In this document: one piece after another, positions 40,626-50,451 of the stretch
Layout: each line of letters opens with the position of its first letter
Position numbering within the stretch: position 1 is the first letter of the stretch
Notes under the pieces: generated by a model
Told to the model about the DNA's origin: nothing
Databases searched by the model: none
Seen by the model: the letters and a program-made list of their open reading frames with translations, nothing else
NCBI GenBank assembly: GCA_963681965.1
Contig: OY820579.1
Location: forward strand, 2,176,001 to 2,240,000
Source: a bacterium
GTDB taxonomy: Bacteria; Electryoneota; JAOADG01
Length of the DNA: 64,000 nucleotides
Direction: 5' to 3'
Position numbers and translations under genes: made by a program

Positions 40626-42144
40626 CAATATGGCTACGCGAAAACGACAAACAAACGACGTTCCCTTTTTAGCAGTCGAACCGGAATCGCCGACCAGTAC
40701 CTACGAACTGGAGCGGTACGTCCTCGGCACAATTCTGAACGATCCCAGCCAAGTCAACGTAGTTGCCGAAATCATTACTCCCGATAAATTCTCCTCTTCT
40801 TCGCATTCCCAGATATTCGAAACGATCATGAAGATGGACGACAAGCATCTTCCGATCGATATCGTTCCAGTCATCGAGGAGTTGCGGAATCAACAGATTC
40901 TCGAAGGTGTCGGTGGCATTTCCTATTTGAGTTCGCTCGTTGACAAAACGATCTACCCCGGTAATTTACCGGCGTACTGCAAGATGATTCAGAATAAATG
41001 GATTCTCCGCGAACTGAATCGTCTCGCTGGCGAAGTACAAGCCGAAATTCAGCAACCCGGCATCGAAGCCGAAGAACTACTCAACGATTATACCGGACGC
41101 ATCTTCGAATTATCTCGCGGAAATCGGCAAGGTGGCTTTCGCGTCTTGCGCGATCTCCTCAACCCGGCGCACGAAAAACTAGCGGAATTTCGCAAGCGGC
41201 ACGGAAATCTGGTCGGTATCGGCACCGGTTTCCACTACCTCGATGAAATGACCGGTGGTTTTCAAAACAGCGAATTAATCATTTTGGCAGCTCGCCCGTC
41301 GGTAGGTAAAACCTCGCTTGCACTGGACTTTGCCCTGACAGCCGCCCGCGATTATGGTAAGAAAGTCGGCTTCATCAGCTTGGAAATGGCGTGGGATCAA
41401 ATTGTTTTGCGTCTCTTAGCGACCCAATCGAAACTCGAATTGCACAAACTTCGGTCCGGTCGAATCAATGACGAAGAATACGATGTATTGCGCACTGCGA
41501 CCGAACCACTCTATCCGATTCCGTTTTACATCGACGATGGCAGCAACCAATCGTTGAACGAGATCCGCGCCAAAGTCCGCCGCATGAAAAAAGAGAAGGG
41601 TCTCGACATCGTTTTTCTCGATTACCTCGGATTGATGCAACAACCATCGAATACCGAATCGGTACAAGTAGCGATTTCCGGATTTACCCGAGGTTTAAAA
41701 GCACTCGCCAAAGAGCTGCAAATTCCCATCGTGGTTCTGGCACAGCTTTCGCGTGCCGCTGTCGATAACGACAAATCCGATAAACGACCGAAACTGCACC
41801 ATTTACGCGACTCCGGTTCGATCGAACAGGATGCCGACGTCGTGATCATGTTGTACCGCGAATTCTACGATAAAGGAAAATCGCGCGAAGAGATGACCGA
41901 GGAAGAGAAAGCGAAAGAATACGAAGCCGAAATCATTATCGCCAAGCAACGAAATGGTCCGGTCGGAACAGTGAAAGTAATTTTCAAAAAAGAATATGCC
42001 AGTTTCGAAGAAGCGGATCGCGCCTTTGCAATTCCGGATGCACCACCCCCTTCGGGTAGACATATTGTTCAGCGCACTGGATCGAAACCGCAACCGACAG
42101 CTCAGGTTCCGCAACCGGAATCGGAAGAAGATAAACCGTTTTAA
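40618..42144 (+). CDS. dnaB: Replicative DNA helicase
   Basis: AARPSVGKT, SLEM, DYLGLM, LAQLSR, RP...LRDSGSIEQDAD, KQRNGPVG. Confidence 0.99.
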   Translation: MNNNMATRKRQTNDVPFLAVEPESPTSTYELERYVLGTILNDPSQVNVVAEIITPDKFSSSSHSQIFETIMKMDDKHLPIDIVPVIEELRNQQILEGVGGISYLSSLVDKTIYPGNLPAYCKMIQNKWILRELNRLAGEVQAEIQQPGIEAEELLNDYTGRIFELSRGNRQGGFRVLRDLLNPAHEKLAEFRKRHGNLVGIGTGFHYLDEMTGGFQNSELIILAARPSVGKTSLALDFALTAARDYGKKVGFISLEMAWDQIVLRLLATQSKLELHKLRSGRINDEEYDVLRTATEPLYPIPFYIDDGSNQSLNEIRAKVRRMKKEKGLDIVFLDYLGLMQQPSNTESVQVAISGFTRGLKALAKELQIPIVVLAQLSRAAVDNDKSDKRPKLHHLRDSGSIEQDADVVIMLYREFYDKGKSREEMTEEEKAKEYEAEIIIAKQRNGPVGTVKVIFKKEYASFEEADRAFAIPDAPPPSGRHIVQRTGSKPQPTAQVPQPESEEDKPF

Positions 42145-42159
42145 TCGGATAGGATCGAG

Positions 42160-44466
42160 GTGACTTCAATGTCCGATCGTAGCGAACATACTGAATTGGT
42201 GGCATCGACCGAAATACCGGAAACCGCACTGATCATCGGTTCCACGGTACCCTCGCCGATGTACCTAAGTTCGGACGAGCTGGAACCGAAGACCGAGTAT
42301 ACATTGGAATCGTTTCAGGATGATTTCAAAGTACTATTGAAGAAACTTGGTGAACACCACAAACATCTTGATGAAACCGCACTCTGGCATGCTTTCGATT
42401 TCGCTTATCAACAGCATCTCACGCAAAAACGCAAAGACGGCAGTCCCTATTTTACCCATTTGCTGGAAACTGCGAAGATCGTATCCGATTTGACCAGCGA
42501 TCCGATTTCAATTAAATCTGCTCTGCTCCACGATGTCGTCGAGGATCCCAAAGTCCCGATCGAAATTGTCCGCGAGAAATTCGGAAAGCAAGTTGCGGTA
42601 ATTGTCGATGGTGTTACCAAAATCAGCGAGATTAGTTTCGGCAATCTGGAAGAGAAGCAAGCCGCCAACCTTCGCAAGATGATCCTCGCAATGGCGCAGG
42701 ATCCGCGCGTTATCTTGGTGAAGTTGTCCGACCGATTGCACAACATGTTGACGATCGAGTGGCTGGAGGAAAAACGCCGGCGTGAAATTGCTCGCGAAAC
42801 TCTCGATATCTATGCACCGCTCGCGCACCGGTTGGGTATCTATTGGATTAAATGGCGACTGGAAGATTTGTGTCTAAAAGTGCTCGATCGCGATGCCTAC
42901 AACGAAATTAAAAATCAAGTGGCATCCAAACGCGATCAGCGCGAAGAGTTGTTGACGACCGCAATCGATAAAATCACTGAGAAACTGCACGAACATCATA
43001 TTCATTCCGATGTACAGGGTCGTGCCAAACACTTCTATTCGATCTACAAAAAAATGCGGAGTCAGGGTCGTAGTTTCGACGATATTCTCGATCTGTTGGC
43101 AATCCGCATCGTGGTTTCGTCGAATGACGAATGTTATGCCGCATTGGGACACGTCCACGCGTTGTATACTCCGCTACCCGATTATTTCAGCGACTATATC
43201 GCCGGACCGAAATCGAACGGCTATCGAAGTATTCACACGAAAGTCATCGGACCACGCGGACACACTTTGGAAATTCAGATCCGCACCCGCGAGATGCACG
43301 AACAAGCCGAACTTGGTTTGGCTGCTCACTGGCGCTACAAGGAGAGTGGCGGGTGGGACGAAATCGACAGCGAATTGTCGAAGTGGATGAGAAACCTGAT
43401 CGATGCGCAAAAAGAGAATCCGGAGTATGAGGATTTTCTACAGGTACTTAAGAGCGACCTCACCCCGAAAGATATTTATGTGATCTCTCCGCGGGGCGAT
43501 GTTTATCGCTTACCGAAAGGTTCCACCGCGACTGATTTTGCTTTCATGATTCACAGCGATGTCGGATTGCATTCGATTGCCGCGAAAGTAAATGGTCGCA
43601 TCGTTCCGTTGCTGTCGCCGTTACCGAACGGTTGCACAGTCGAGATTATTACTTCGGCGAAAGGACATCCCGCTGCCGAATGGCTGACCAAAGTCAAGAG
43701 CGCGAAAGCGCGGAACCATATCAAGCGCTATTTTCAGGACGTCCGCTTCGAAGAGAGTCAGAAACTGGGACAGGAAATCTGCCTGCGGGAAATTGAACGG
43801 ATGCAGTTGAAAATTTCCGAAGAGCAGTGGCTGACTGTTGCGCACCAGATGGGGTTCATGGATCTTCCCAGCTTTTATTCCGCAGTCGGTAGCGGTCAAT
43901 TAAAGATGTCGAATATTCTCCGCAAATTGGCGCCATCGCAACCGACTCCGCCGAATTGGTTGGTCAAAATTATCCGACGCACCAAGACCCCGAAGAGCCA
44001 GGAACCAGCCGTCCGCGTGACTGGATTCGATAATCTGATGGTGACGTTGGCTCCGTGTTGTACGCCGCTTCCCGGCGATCGTATCCGCGGGTTTCTGACA
44101 CCCGGCAAAGGAGTGGTGGTACACCGGATTCACTGCAAGAATTTACGCGATCAGACCAAAGATCCCGACCAATATGTCGATGTCGCGTGGGATGTCGATC
44201 CCGAAGCGCTATTCTCGGTCAAACTCCATTTCATCGTCAACGACCGCAAAGGAATGCTCCACGACATTTCGGGGCGTATCGCGCAATTCGAAGTCAATAT
44301 TGTCAGCCTCTCGATTCAAATGCAGGATGGAATGGGTGTCGGCAAAATTGAATTATCGGTAAAAAGTCTCTCGCAACTCTCGCAATTGATCGGAAAGATT
44401 ACCTCGATTCCCGGAGTCGTTCGTGTACGCCGTCTCGACGAAAATGACGATGGAATACCAAACTAA
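42160..44466 (+). CDS. spoT: Bifunctional (p)ppGpp synthetase/hydrolase (long RSH)
   Basis: Intact HD motif (LHDVVED), KLSDRLHNM, GRAKHFYSIYKKM, EIQIRT, TGS domain, CC and ACT domains. Confidence 0.95.
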   Translation: MTSMSDRSEHTELVASTEIPETALIIGSTVPSPMYLSSDELEPKTEYTLESFQDDFKVLLKKLGEHHKHLDETALWHAFDFAYQQHLTQKRKDGSPYFTHLLETAKIVSDLTSDPISIKSALLHDVVEDPKVPIEIVREKFGKQVAVIVDGVTKISEISFGNLEEKQAANLRKMILAMAQDPRVILVKLSDRLHNMLTIEWLEEKRRREIARETLDIYAPLAHRLGIYWIKWRLEDLCLKVLDRDAYNEIKNQVASKRDQREELLTTAIDKITEKLHEHHIHSDVQGRAKHFYSIYKKMRSQGRSFDDILDLLAIRIVVSSNDECYAALGHVHALYTPLPDYFSDYIAGPKSNGYRSIHTKVIGPRGHTLEIQIRTREMHEQAELGLAAHWRYKESGGWDEIDSELSKWMRNLIDAQKENPEYEDFLQVLKSDLTPKDIYVISPRGDVYRLPKGSTATDFAFMIHSDVGLHSIAAKVNGRIVPLLSPLPNGCTVEIITSAKGHPAAEWLTKVKSAKARNHIKRYFQDVRFEESQKLGQEICLREIERMQLKISEEQWLTVAHQMGFMDLPSFYSAVGSGQLKMSNILRKLAPSQPTPPNWLVKIIRRTKTPKSQEPAVRVTGFDNLMVTLAPCCTPLPGDRIRGFLTPGKGVVVHRIHCKNLRDQTKDPDQYVDVAWDVDPEALFSVKLHFIVNDRKGMLHDISGRIAQFEVNIVSLSIQMQDGMGVGKIELSVKSLSQLSQLIGKITSIPGVVRVRRLDENDDGIPN

Positions 44467-44890
44467 TCTCCACATCATGGCGGTCGATCCCGGAACCAAA
44501 CGCTGGGGAGTTGCAGTGGGCGACACTGCGATTGGCACCGCACGTCCATTTCTTACCATCGAGCGGGATTTCGACAGTGCAATCCTCGAAATTGTGAAGT
44601 TGTATAAGAAAGAGCGCGCCGACTATCTGGTACTCGGTCGTCCGGTCCACATGGATGGCTCTTCCGATGATATGACCTTCTACGCAGATCGTGCCTTTGC
44701 CGCGCTGCAAGCCGCTGGGGTGAAAGTGATTGCCTACGATGAACGCTTGACCAGTTTTGCTGCCGAAGAAATTATGAAGCGTGCCGGCATAAAATACACG
44801 CGCGATAAAGCGCTGGTTGATCGTGTCGCCGCCGCAGTCATCTTGGAATCGGCATTCAACGATAAAATATTCGACCAATATCTGCCGTGA
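44444..44890 (+). CDS. ruvX: YqgF/RuvX RNase-H-like nuclease
   Basis: AVDPGTKRWGVAVGD, LGRP, DERLTS, VDRVAAAVILE. Start is ATG 44444 or 44450. Confidence 0.92.
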   Translation: MTMEYQTNLHIMAVDPGTKRWGVAVGDTAIGTARPFLTIERDFDSAILEIVKLYKKERADYLVLGRPVHMDGSSDDMTFYADRAFAALQAAGVKVIAYDERLTSFAAEEIMKRAGIKYTRDKALVDRVAAAVILESAFNDKIFDQYLP

Positions 44891-46449
44891 AAAAATCAAC
44901 TCCATCCCCAACGCCAAAGACACCGTTTTCGCATCGCGTAAAGCGCATAGGAATATTACTGGCAGGTGGAATTGCCAGCGGTTTGTTGCTGACAGTAACC
45001 GTACCGCCGATTTCGCTCTCGCTACTCAGTTATTTCGCTTTGCTGCCGCTGTTCTACCTATTGCTTAACGACCGCCGCAACTGGTGGTGGGGTGGATGGG
45101 TCTTTGAAATGACCTATCACCTCAGTTCGATTCATTGGGTATCGGCGAATAGCGGTACTGCTCCGAATCTTGCATTCGATTCCTATCTCGCGATGTGTCT
45201 CTTTCTCGGTACGCGCGCTAGCATTCCATTTTTACTAGCAGGATGGGTTGCCAAACGCCGCTCGACAATGCAGGGTTTGATCTTCCTCGCGCTGCTCTGG
45301 AGTGGCTACGAGTGGCTCTGTTCGTTGGGTGAATTAGGGTATCCATGGTCGATCAACGCATTGTCGCTGTTGAATTGGAATCCCGCACTGCACTTGGTTC
45401 CGATCGGTGGCGTATGGCTTGTCGGAAGTATAATGCTGGCTGCGAATTTGCTGTTTTTGTTTGCGTACAAGCATCGAAATTGGCGCTATGCTGTCGCAGC
45501 GCTTGTTTTAATTATAGCTCCGATATTCATTCCCATTCCCCGGATGGGATCCACCAAGACCTTTCGCATTGGCGTTGTTCAACCGAATATCGATCCGGTG
45601 GGAAAATGGGCAGATGACCCGATTTACACTGTCGATCGCGTGGTCGAATTGTCGAAACAGATTCTTCCGCAGAAACCCGATCTGATTGTCTTTCCGGAAA
45701 CCGCTATTCCGTTCTATCTCCAAGCGCGTTTGGGTTATCGTCAGCGGGTGCAAAGTCTGATCGATTCGCTCGGTGTTCCCGTTGTCAGCGGCGCTCAGCA
45801 TTACGAGCGGACGAACGATACGGCGCGAACCTACAACGCAGTCTTCGTGCTTCGAACCACTTCCGCTGGAGGAATCGATCCTGAGTTTTATGCGAAACGC
45901 TGGTTGGTTCCGCTCGGAGAGCGTATCCCCTTTCAGTGGTTATTCCCCTCGCTGCATGGCATCGATCTAGGACAAGCCGAATTCACGCCGGGACCGCGCG
46001 AAACTCCCTTGGCAGTTCCGACCCAACATGGCGAATTGCGCATCGGAACGCCAGTCTGTTACGAATCGATTTTTCCCCAAATGGCGCGGATGTTTGCCAG
46101 GAATCGAATGCATCTGCTGGCGAACTTGACCAACGATGGTTGGTATGAACACACCTGGGAGAAACCGCAACATGCCGAATTATTCCGCTTGCGCGCGCTC
46201 GAGACCGGGGTACCGTTGATCCGCTGTGCCAATACCGGCATCAGCGGTTGGATCGATGATCGCGGCGATTGGCAGGCACAAATGCCGGAACGCGAAGCGA
46301 TGGCTGCGGTCTACGAAATCAAAGTACCGGAACAGGTGTCGAGCCGAATCGGAAGTACCCCGTGGTGGGCTATAATATGCCTAATTGGATCGATAGTGAT
46401 CGGTTTTATGCCATTCCACCGTTTCGGTTTAAACCGCGAAAAAGCGTGA
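44887..46449 (+). CDS. lnt: Apolipoprotein N-acyltransferase
   Basis: TM N-terminus, GYPW, VQPNI, FPETA, KRWLVPLGE, VCYESIF, TNDGW, RCANTGIS. Confidence 0.96.
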   Translation: MKKSTPSPTPKTPFSHRVKRIGILLAGGIASGLLLTVTVPPISLSLLSYFALLPLFYLLLNDRRNWWWGGWVFEMTYHLSSIHWVSANSGTAPNLAFDSYLAMCLFLGTRASIPFLLAGWVAKRRSTMQGLIFLALLWSGYEWLCSLGELGYPWSINALSLLNWNPALHLVPIGGVWLVGSIMLAANLLFLFAYKHRNWRYAVAALVLIIAPIFIPIPRMGSTKTFRIGVVQPNIDPVGKWADDPIYTVDRVVELSKQILPQKPDLIVFPETAIPFYLQARLGYRQRVQSLIDSLGVPVVSGAQHYERTNDTARTYNAVFVLRTTSAGGIDPEFYAKRWLVPLGERIPFQWLFPSLHGIDLGQAEFTPGPRETPLAVPTQHGELRIGTPVCYESIFPQMARMFARNRMHLLANLTNDGWYEHTWEKPQHAELFRLRALETGVPLIRCANTGISGWIDDRGDWQAQMPEREAMAAVYEIKVPEQVSSRIGSTPWWAIICLIGSIVIGFMPFHRFGLNREKA

Positions 46450-46536
46450 TAAGGGTTCCCAATTTGTAGCATATTGGCAGTGTGATGGAATGGATCCGAT
46501 TGGGATCGCGGACAGGATGCGTTACATTAGTTCGAT

Positions 46537-46719
46537 ATGTCAACCACTGCGACAGTTTTGGACAGTACCCGCGCACTCGTCGATACGCTTCGATCTGCGG
46601 ATACACTGGCTCCGGCTGATTCACTGGCGCGTGGCGGAACTTCTACCCCGTGGTTAGGCGTTCTGATAGCAGTTGCGATAGGAGTAACACTTGGTCTTAT
46701 CTATGGTATTCGGAAATAA
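46537..46719 (+). CDS. Small membrane protein (60 aa)
   Basis: Polar N-terminus with four D-S/T motifs, then a TM helix (WLGVLIAVAIGVTLGLIYGI) and RK. Confidence 0.55.
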   Translation: MSTTATVLDSTRALVDTLRSADTLAPADSLARGGTSTPWLGVLIAVAIGVTLGLIYGIRK

Positions 46720-47503
46720 CGGTCGTCGCGCAGTAACTACCGTGTTATTGGCGACTACGCTTACGATTTTGGGAATCGGTTGCGGTGGAAAAGCCAATCT
46801 GGATATTGCCAATCCGGAAAAGCGTTTCCACGAAATCAAAAACTTATATGATCGAAAGAAATTCGATAAAGCAATCGAAGAGATCGAGATTTTTCAGGTC
46901 GCATTTTCCGGTACCGCTAAAGTCGATTCTGCGCAATTACTGCTGGCTGAAGCTCATTTCCAATTGAAAGAGTATTTATTAGCACAGTCGGAATACGAGC
47001 GCCTTGCCGATCAATTTTCTTCGTCGCCCCTCGTGGAGGAAGCGCGATATAAATCCGCATTAAGTTGGGAAAAGCTTTCACCAAAACGAACCTTGGACCA
47101 GAAGTACACTCATAATGCACTCGACGAGTATCAGGCGTTCTTGGAGGAGTATCCAAAATCACAGTATGCCAAGGCTGCCGAAGAGGGACATGCGAATTGC
47201 CGGGAGCGATTAGCACTAAAAGATCTCGACGCTGCTAATTTGTATATCAAGATGCAGAAGTACGATGCTGCCATCCTCTATTTTGATCAAATAGTTGATT
47301 CTTATTACTCTACGTCAGCCGAACCGTTGGCGCATCTCGGTAAGGGAATTGCCCTTACGAAGCTGGAAGATTATTCCGGAGCGAAAGCCGCGTTTAAATT
47401 GGTGTTAACGAAATTCCCCGGGTCCAACGCTGCAATCGAAGCCGGTAAACAATTGCGAGAAGTGGAGATACGTGAAAATCGGAATTCTGGGCGGAACTTT
47501 TGA
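46691..47503 (+). CDS. bamD: Outer-membrane protein assembly factor BamD
   Basis: Lipobox LGIGC, TPR helices, DQKYT..A..EYQ.F...YP.S, LALKDL..ANLY. Confidence 0.9.
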   Translation: MVLSMVFGNNGRRAVTTVLLATTLTILGIGCGGKANLDIANPEKRFHEIKNLYDRKKFDKAIEEIEIFQVAFSGTAKVDSAQLLLAEAHFQLKEYLLAQSEYERLADQFSSSPLVEEARYKSALSWEKLSPKRTLDQKYTHNALDEYQAFLEEYPKSQYAKAAEEGHANCRERLALKDLDAANLYIKMQKYDAAILYFDQIVDSYYSTSAEPLAHLGKGIALTKLEDYSGAKAAFKLVLTKFPGSNAAIEAGKQLREVEIRENRNSGRNF

Positions 47504-48062
47504 TCCTCCACACATCGCTCATCTTCAAGCTGCGCAGGTAGCGCTAGACACGCTTGAGTTGGATTGCATCCGCTTTCTTCCCACCGGACAACCTCCTCAC
47601 AAAGACTTGTCGGTTCAATCCCCGGCAAACATTCGCTTGGAAATGGTTCAAGCAGCGATTTCTGATCACCTGAAATTCGAAATATCTACTTATGAATTTG
47701 AAACTTCAGGTCCACATTATACCGTCGATACCCTGTCTTATTTCCGATCCCACACCCCTTCTGAACAGATCACTTTTATCGTTGGTTCCGATTCAGTGGC
47801 TCAATTTAATTCCTGGCGAGATCCCGATCGATTATTCGATTTAGCGCAAATCGCCATCTTCGAACGTCCCGGCTATCCTATTGAAAAATTAGAACAAAAG
47901 TACTTAGACCGAGCAGTGATTCTACCGGTAATCCCATTAAATATCTCCTCATCGGAAATTCGGAACCGTGTCGCCAAAGGGTTATCGATCAAATGGCTGG
48001 TTCCGGATACCGTAGAGTGTCTCATTTCTCGACATAGTCTCTATCAATCCATTGGGGTGTGA
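47472..48062 (+). CDS. nadD: Nicotinate-nucleotide adenylyltransferase
   Basis: GILGGTFDPPHIAH, PPHK, YTVDT, GSD, ISSSEIR. Confidence 0.97.
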   Translation: MKIGILGGTFDPPHIAHLQAAQVALDTLELDCIRFLPTGQPPHKDLSVQSPANIRLEMVQAAISDHLKFEISTYEFETSGPHYTVDTLSYFRSHTPSEQITFIVGSDSVAQFNSWRDPDRLFDLAQIAIFERPGYPIEKLEQKYLDRAVILPVIPLNISSSEIRNRVAKGLSIKWLVPDTVECLISRHSLYQSIGV

Positions 48063-48245
48063 TCGACACACTCTCAAAAAATAAACTCCCACTTTTATTA
48101 CCCGATTATTGATTGTCTTACAGGGTGTACTATTTTGTTTTCAACGCCGTACGGATTATATTCATTCAAAGTTGGTTAAGAGACTTTCAATCAAATGCTT
48201 CAATGCAACGTTGGGGCGGTTTCTTTCGTCGTTAAAGGAGGCACA

Positions 48246-50381
48246 ATGAAACGCTGTTTATTGATGATGGTTTTTCTGTTGACTACGTCGTACGCCTTAG
48301 CGGCTTCTTTTCCCGCGATGCAGGCGCATCGTACGCATCCGTCACACCCGATTATCAACTCGGTCGATACGGCTCAACCCGATTCATTGGTTTATGACAA
48401 TGGCAACGGTGAATCGTTAAATACTGCACCGAATTACTTTTCTGGTGTCCATTTTACCGCAGTAGCCGAATTTCGGCTTCGTACTGCCTATTTCCAGGTT
48501 TACAATCCTACTACATCTACTGCCGCTTGTTCAGTAGCAGTTTTTTCCGATACGGTTGTTTCGACTACCGCTGGAAACCGTCACCGCTGGAATCGACTTC
48601 TGTCGACCCGCTGGACGCGAGCTACGCCACCGTTAGCCGATGCCGAATGGGTTGATCTCGATCTCGCAGATTCAATTCTCTTCCCGACCGGTTCCGAATT
48701 CTGGATTGTCATTGGTAACTTCGTCGCTGGCGCAAATTATCCGACTGCGGCAAACCTCTGGAATTGCATGGATGGTAACGGCGCAACCGATTACCGTTCA
48801 GTGATCAAGTTAGGTAGCCCGTTGTCTGGTTGGACGACCACCAACTGGGGCTGCATTTCTGGCGACTTGTTAATTCGCGCTGGTGGTGCATATGCCGGTA
48901 ACATTATCGACGCTCGCGTGGATAGTATTTGGGCTGCCAATTCCGCTGGTGATCATCGCTTCTTCTGGCCGACCGGTACGCCAGTTCGCTATTCCGCGGT
49001 CATTAAGAACGTCGGTTCCAATGCCATGATGGGTCACTCGATTGAATTCTCCGTAATCGACACGACCGAACAAGCACCATTGGATACAATTTTCCACCAG
49101 ACAATTACTGGTCTCCCGCAGTTGGCTCGTAATGCGACTTACACTGCTACGTCGAATTACGATACACTGCCGACGAATGCGAAGAATTTAATCGTCACCG
49201 CCAAAGTCAATCTTGGCGATGACAACAATATGGCGAATAACACCCGGTACCTTGAGCAGAATACGAACAATCTCAATACCTGGTATTCTTACGATAACGC
49301 AACATCGCAAAGCACGATGAACTACGGTGGCGGTCAGTTGATCGGCGCGTTCTTTATTCCGTCTCGTTATCCTTGCCGTCTTGACACCGTTGCAATCGGT
49401 CTTAGCAATAACTTACTCAATCGTACCGACTCGTTGTACATTGTTGTTACTCCAAGTTTGGGTACTGCTCCGTCGATGTCGAACGCGCGCATTGTCGAAT
49501 TCGATGTACCTGATACTGCTGACGGATATTTTAAAGTTCCGATGGACACCGTCATTAATATCTTCTCCGGTGGCGTTTATGTTGGCTGGTTGACTGCTGC
49601 AAATCAAGGTTTGATGCAGAATACGACCCAACCGGTTGGTGGCACCAATTTATCGATGCCGGCTGCCTATATGCAGTGGCTCAGTGGCACCATCACCGCG
49701 ATCGAATCCGGCGACTGGCTATTCAGTGCATACTTCTCACCGACCAATGCATTGCCGCCATACCCGATTCTCCGTACGAATCCGCTGCCCGGCGCAACCA
49801 TTCCGTTCGACACGACCAGCATTGGCTTCACCAGCAGCAAACCGTTCTGGGTATACAATGATGGTGGCGACTCCTTGACCGTTACCCGGTTGTCGATTGC
49901 TACCGCGTACCGCGCTCAGTTCGCATTCAGCCGCACGTTCCCATTCCGAGTAGCACCGCGAGACAGCGCGTTGATCAATATTACTTGGACTCCGCCAGCG
50001 ACGCAGACTTCGCTCAGCGCTTCGTTGACGTTGCAAACCAATACCGATCCACCGTCGATCCGTTACACGGTCACTGCTACCAGCACCGTTTCCGCACCGG
50101 AAGAGACGACTATTCCGCATGAATTTGCCCTGAAAGCGAATTATCCGAATCCGTTCAACCCGAGCACCTCGATCCGATTTGCCGTACCGAAGTTATCCAA
50201 CGTCAAGATTACCGTTCTCGACGTATTGGGTCGCGAAGTTGCGCAACTCGTCAACGAAAAATATGCTCCGGGCAACTACTCGGTGAATTTCAATGGCGAA
50301 GGTCTTGCCACTGGCGTCTACTTCTACAAGATGGAAGCAGGCGAGTTTAGCAGCGTACAAAAGATGATGCTGTTGAAGTAA
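48246..50381 (+). CDS. Secreted T9SS-cargo protein with CARDB/ASH-like Ig domains; function unknown
   Basis: AAGGAGG RBS then ATG 48246, signal peptide, two YDN-initiated beta domains, DDNNMANNT (CARDB-like), ASH-like domain, [10 protein letters not shown]...KMMLLK. Confidence 0.85.
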   Translation: MKRCLLMMVFLLTTSYALAASFPAMQAHRTHPSHPIINSVDTAQPDSLVYDNGNGESLNTAPNYFSGVHFTAVAEFRLRTAYFQVYNPTTSTAACSVAVFSDTVVSTTAGNRHRWNRLLSTRWTRATPPLADAEWVDLDLADSILFPTGSEFWIVIGNFVAGANYPTAANLWNCMDGNGATDYRSVIKLGSPLSGWTTTNWGCISGDLLIRAGGAYAGNIIDARVDSIWAANSAGDHRFFWPTGTPVRYSAVIKNVGSNAMMGHSIEFSVIDTTEQAPLDTIFHQTITGLPQLARNATYTATSNYDTLPTNAKNLIVTAKVNLGDDNNMANNTRYLEQNTNNLNTWYSYDNATSQSTMNYGGGQLIGAFFIPSRYPCRLDTVAIGLSNNLLNRTDSLYIVVTPSLGTAPSMSNARIVEFDVPDTADGYFKVPMDTVINIFSGGVYVGWLTAANQGLMQNTTQPVGGTNLSMPAAYMQWLSGTITAIESGDWLFSAYFSPTNALPPYPILRTNPLPGATIPFDTTSIGFTSSKPFWVYNDGGDSLTVTRLSIATAYRAQFAFSRTFPFRVAPRDSALINITWTPPATQTSLSASLTLQTNTDPPSIRYTVTATSTVSAPEETTIPHEFALKANYPNPFNPSTSIRFAVPKLSNVKITVLDVLGREVAQLVNEKYAPGNYSVNFNGEGLATGVYFYKMEAGEFSSVQKMMLLK

Positions 50382-50401
50382 TCATTTTGGCGTTATAGGA
50401 T

Positions 50402-50437
50402 ACGGGTCGGTTCCAAATGAACCGACCCGTTTCATTT
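50402..50437 (+). terminator. Rho-independent terminator
   Basis: acgggtcggttc-caaat-gaaccgacccgt followed by ttcattt. Confidence 0.8.
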
Positions 50438-50451
50438 GATATGGAACTGCA

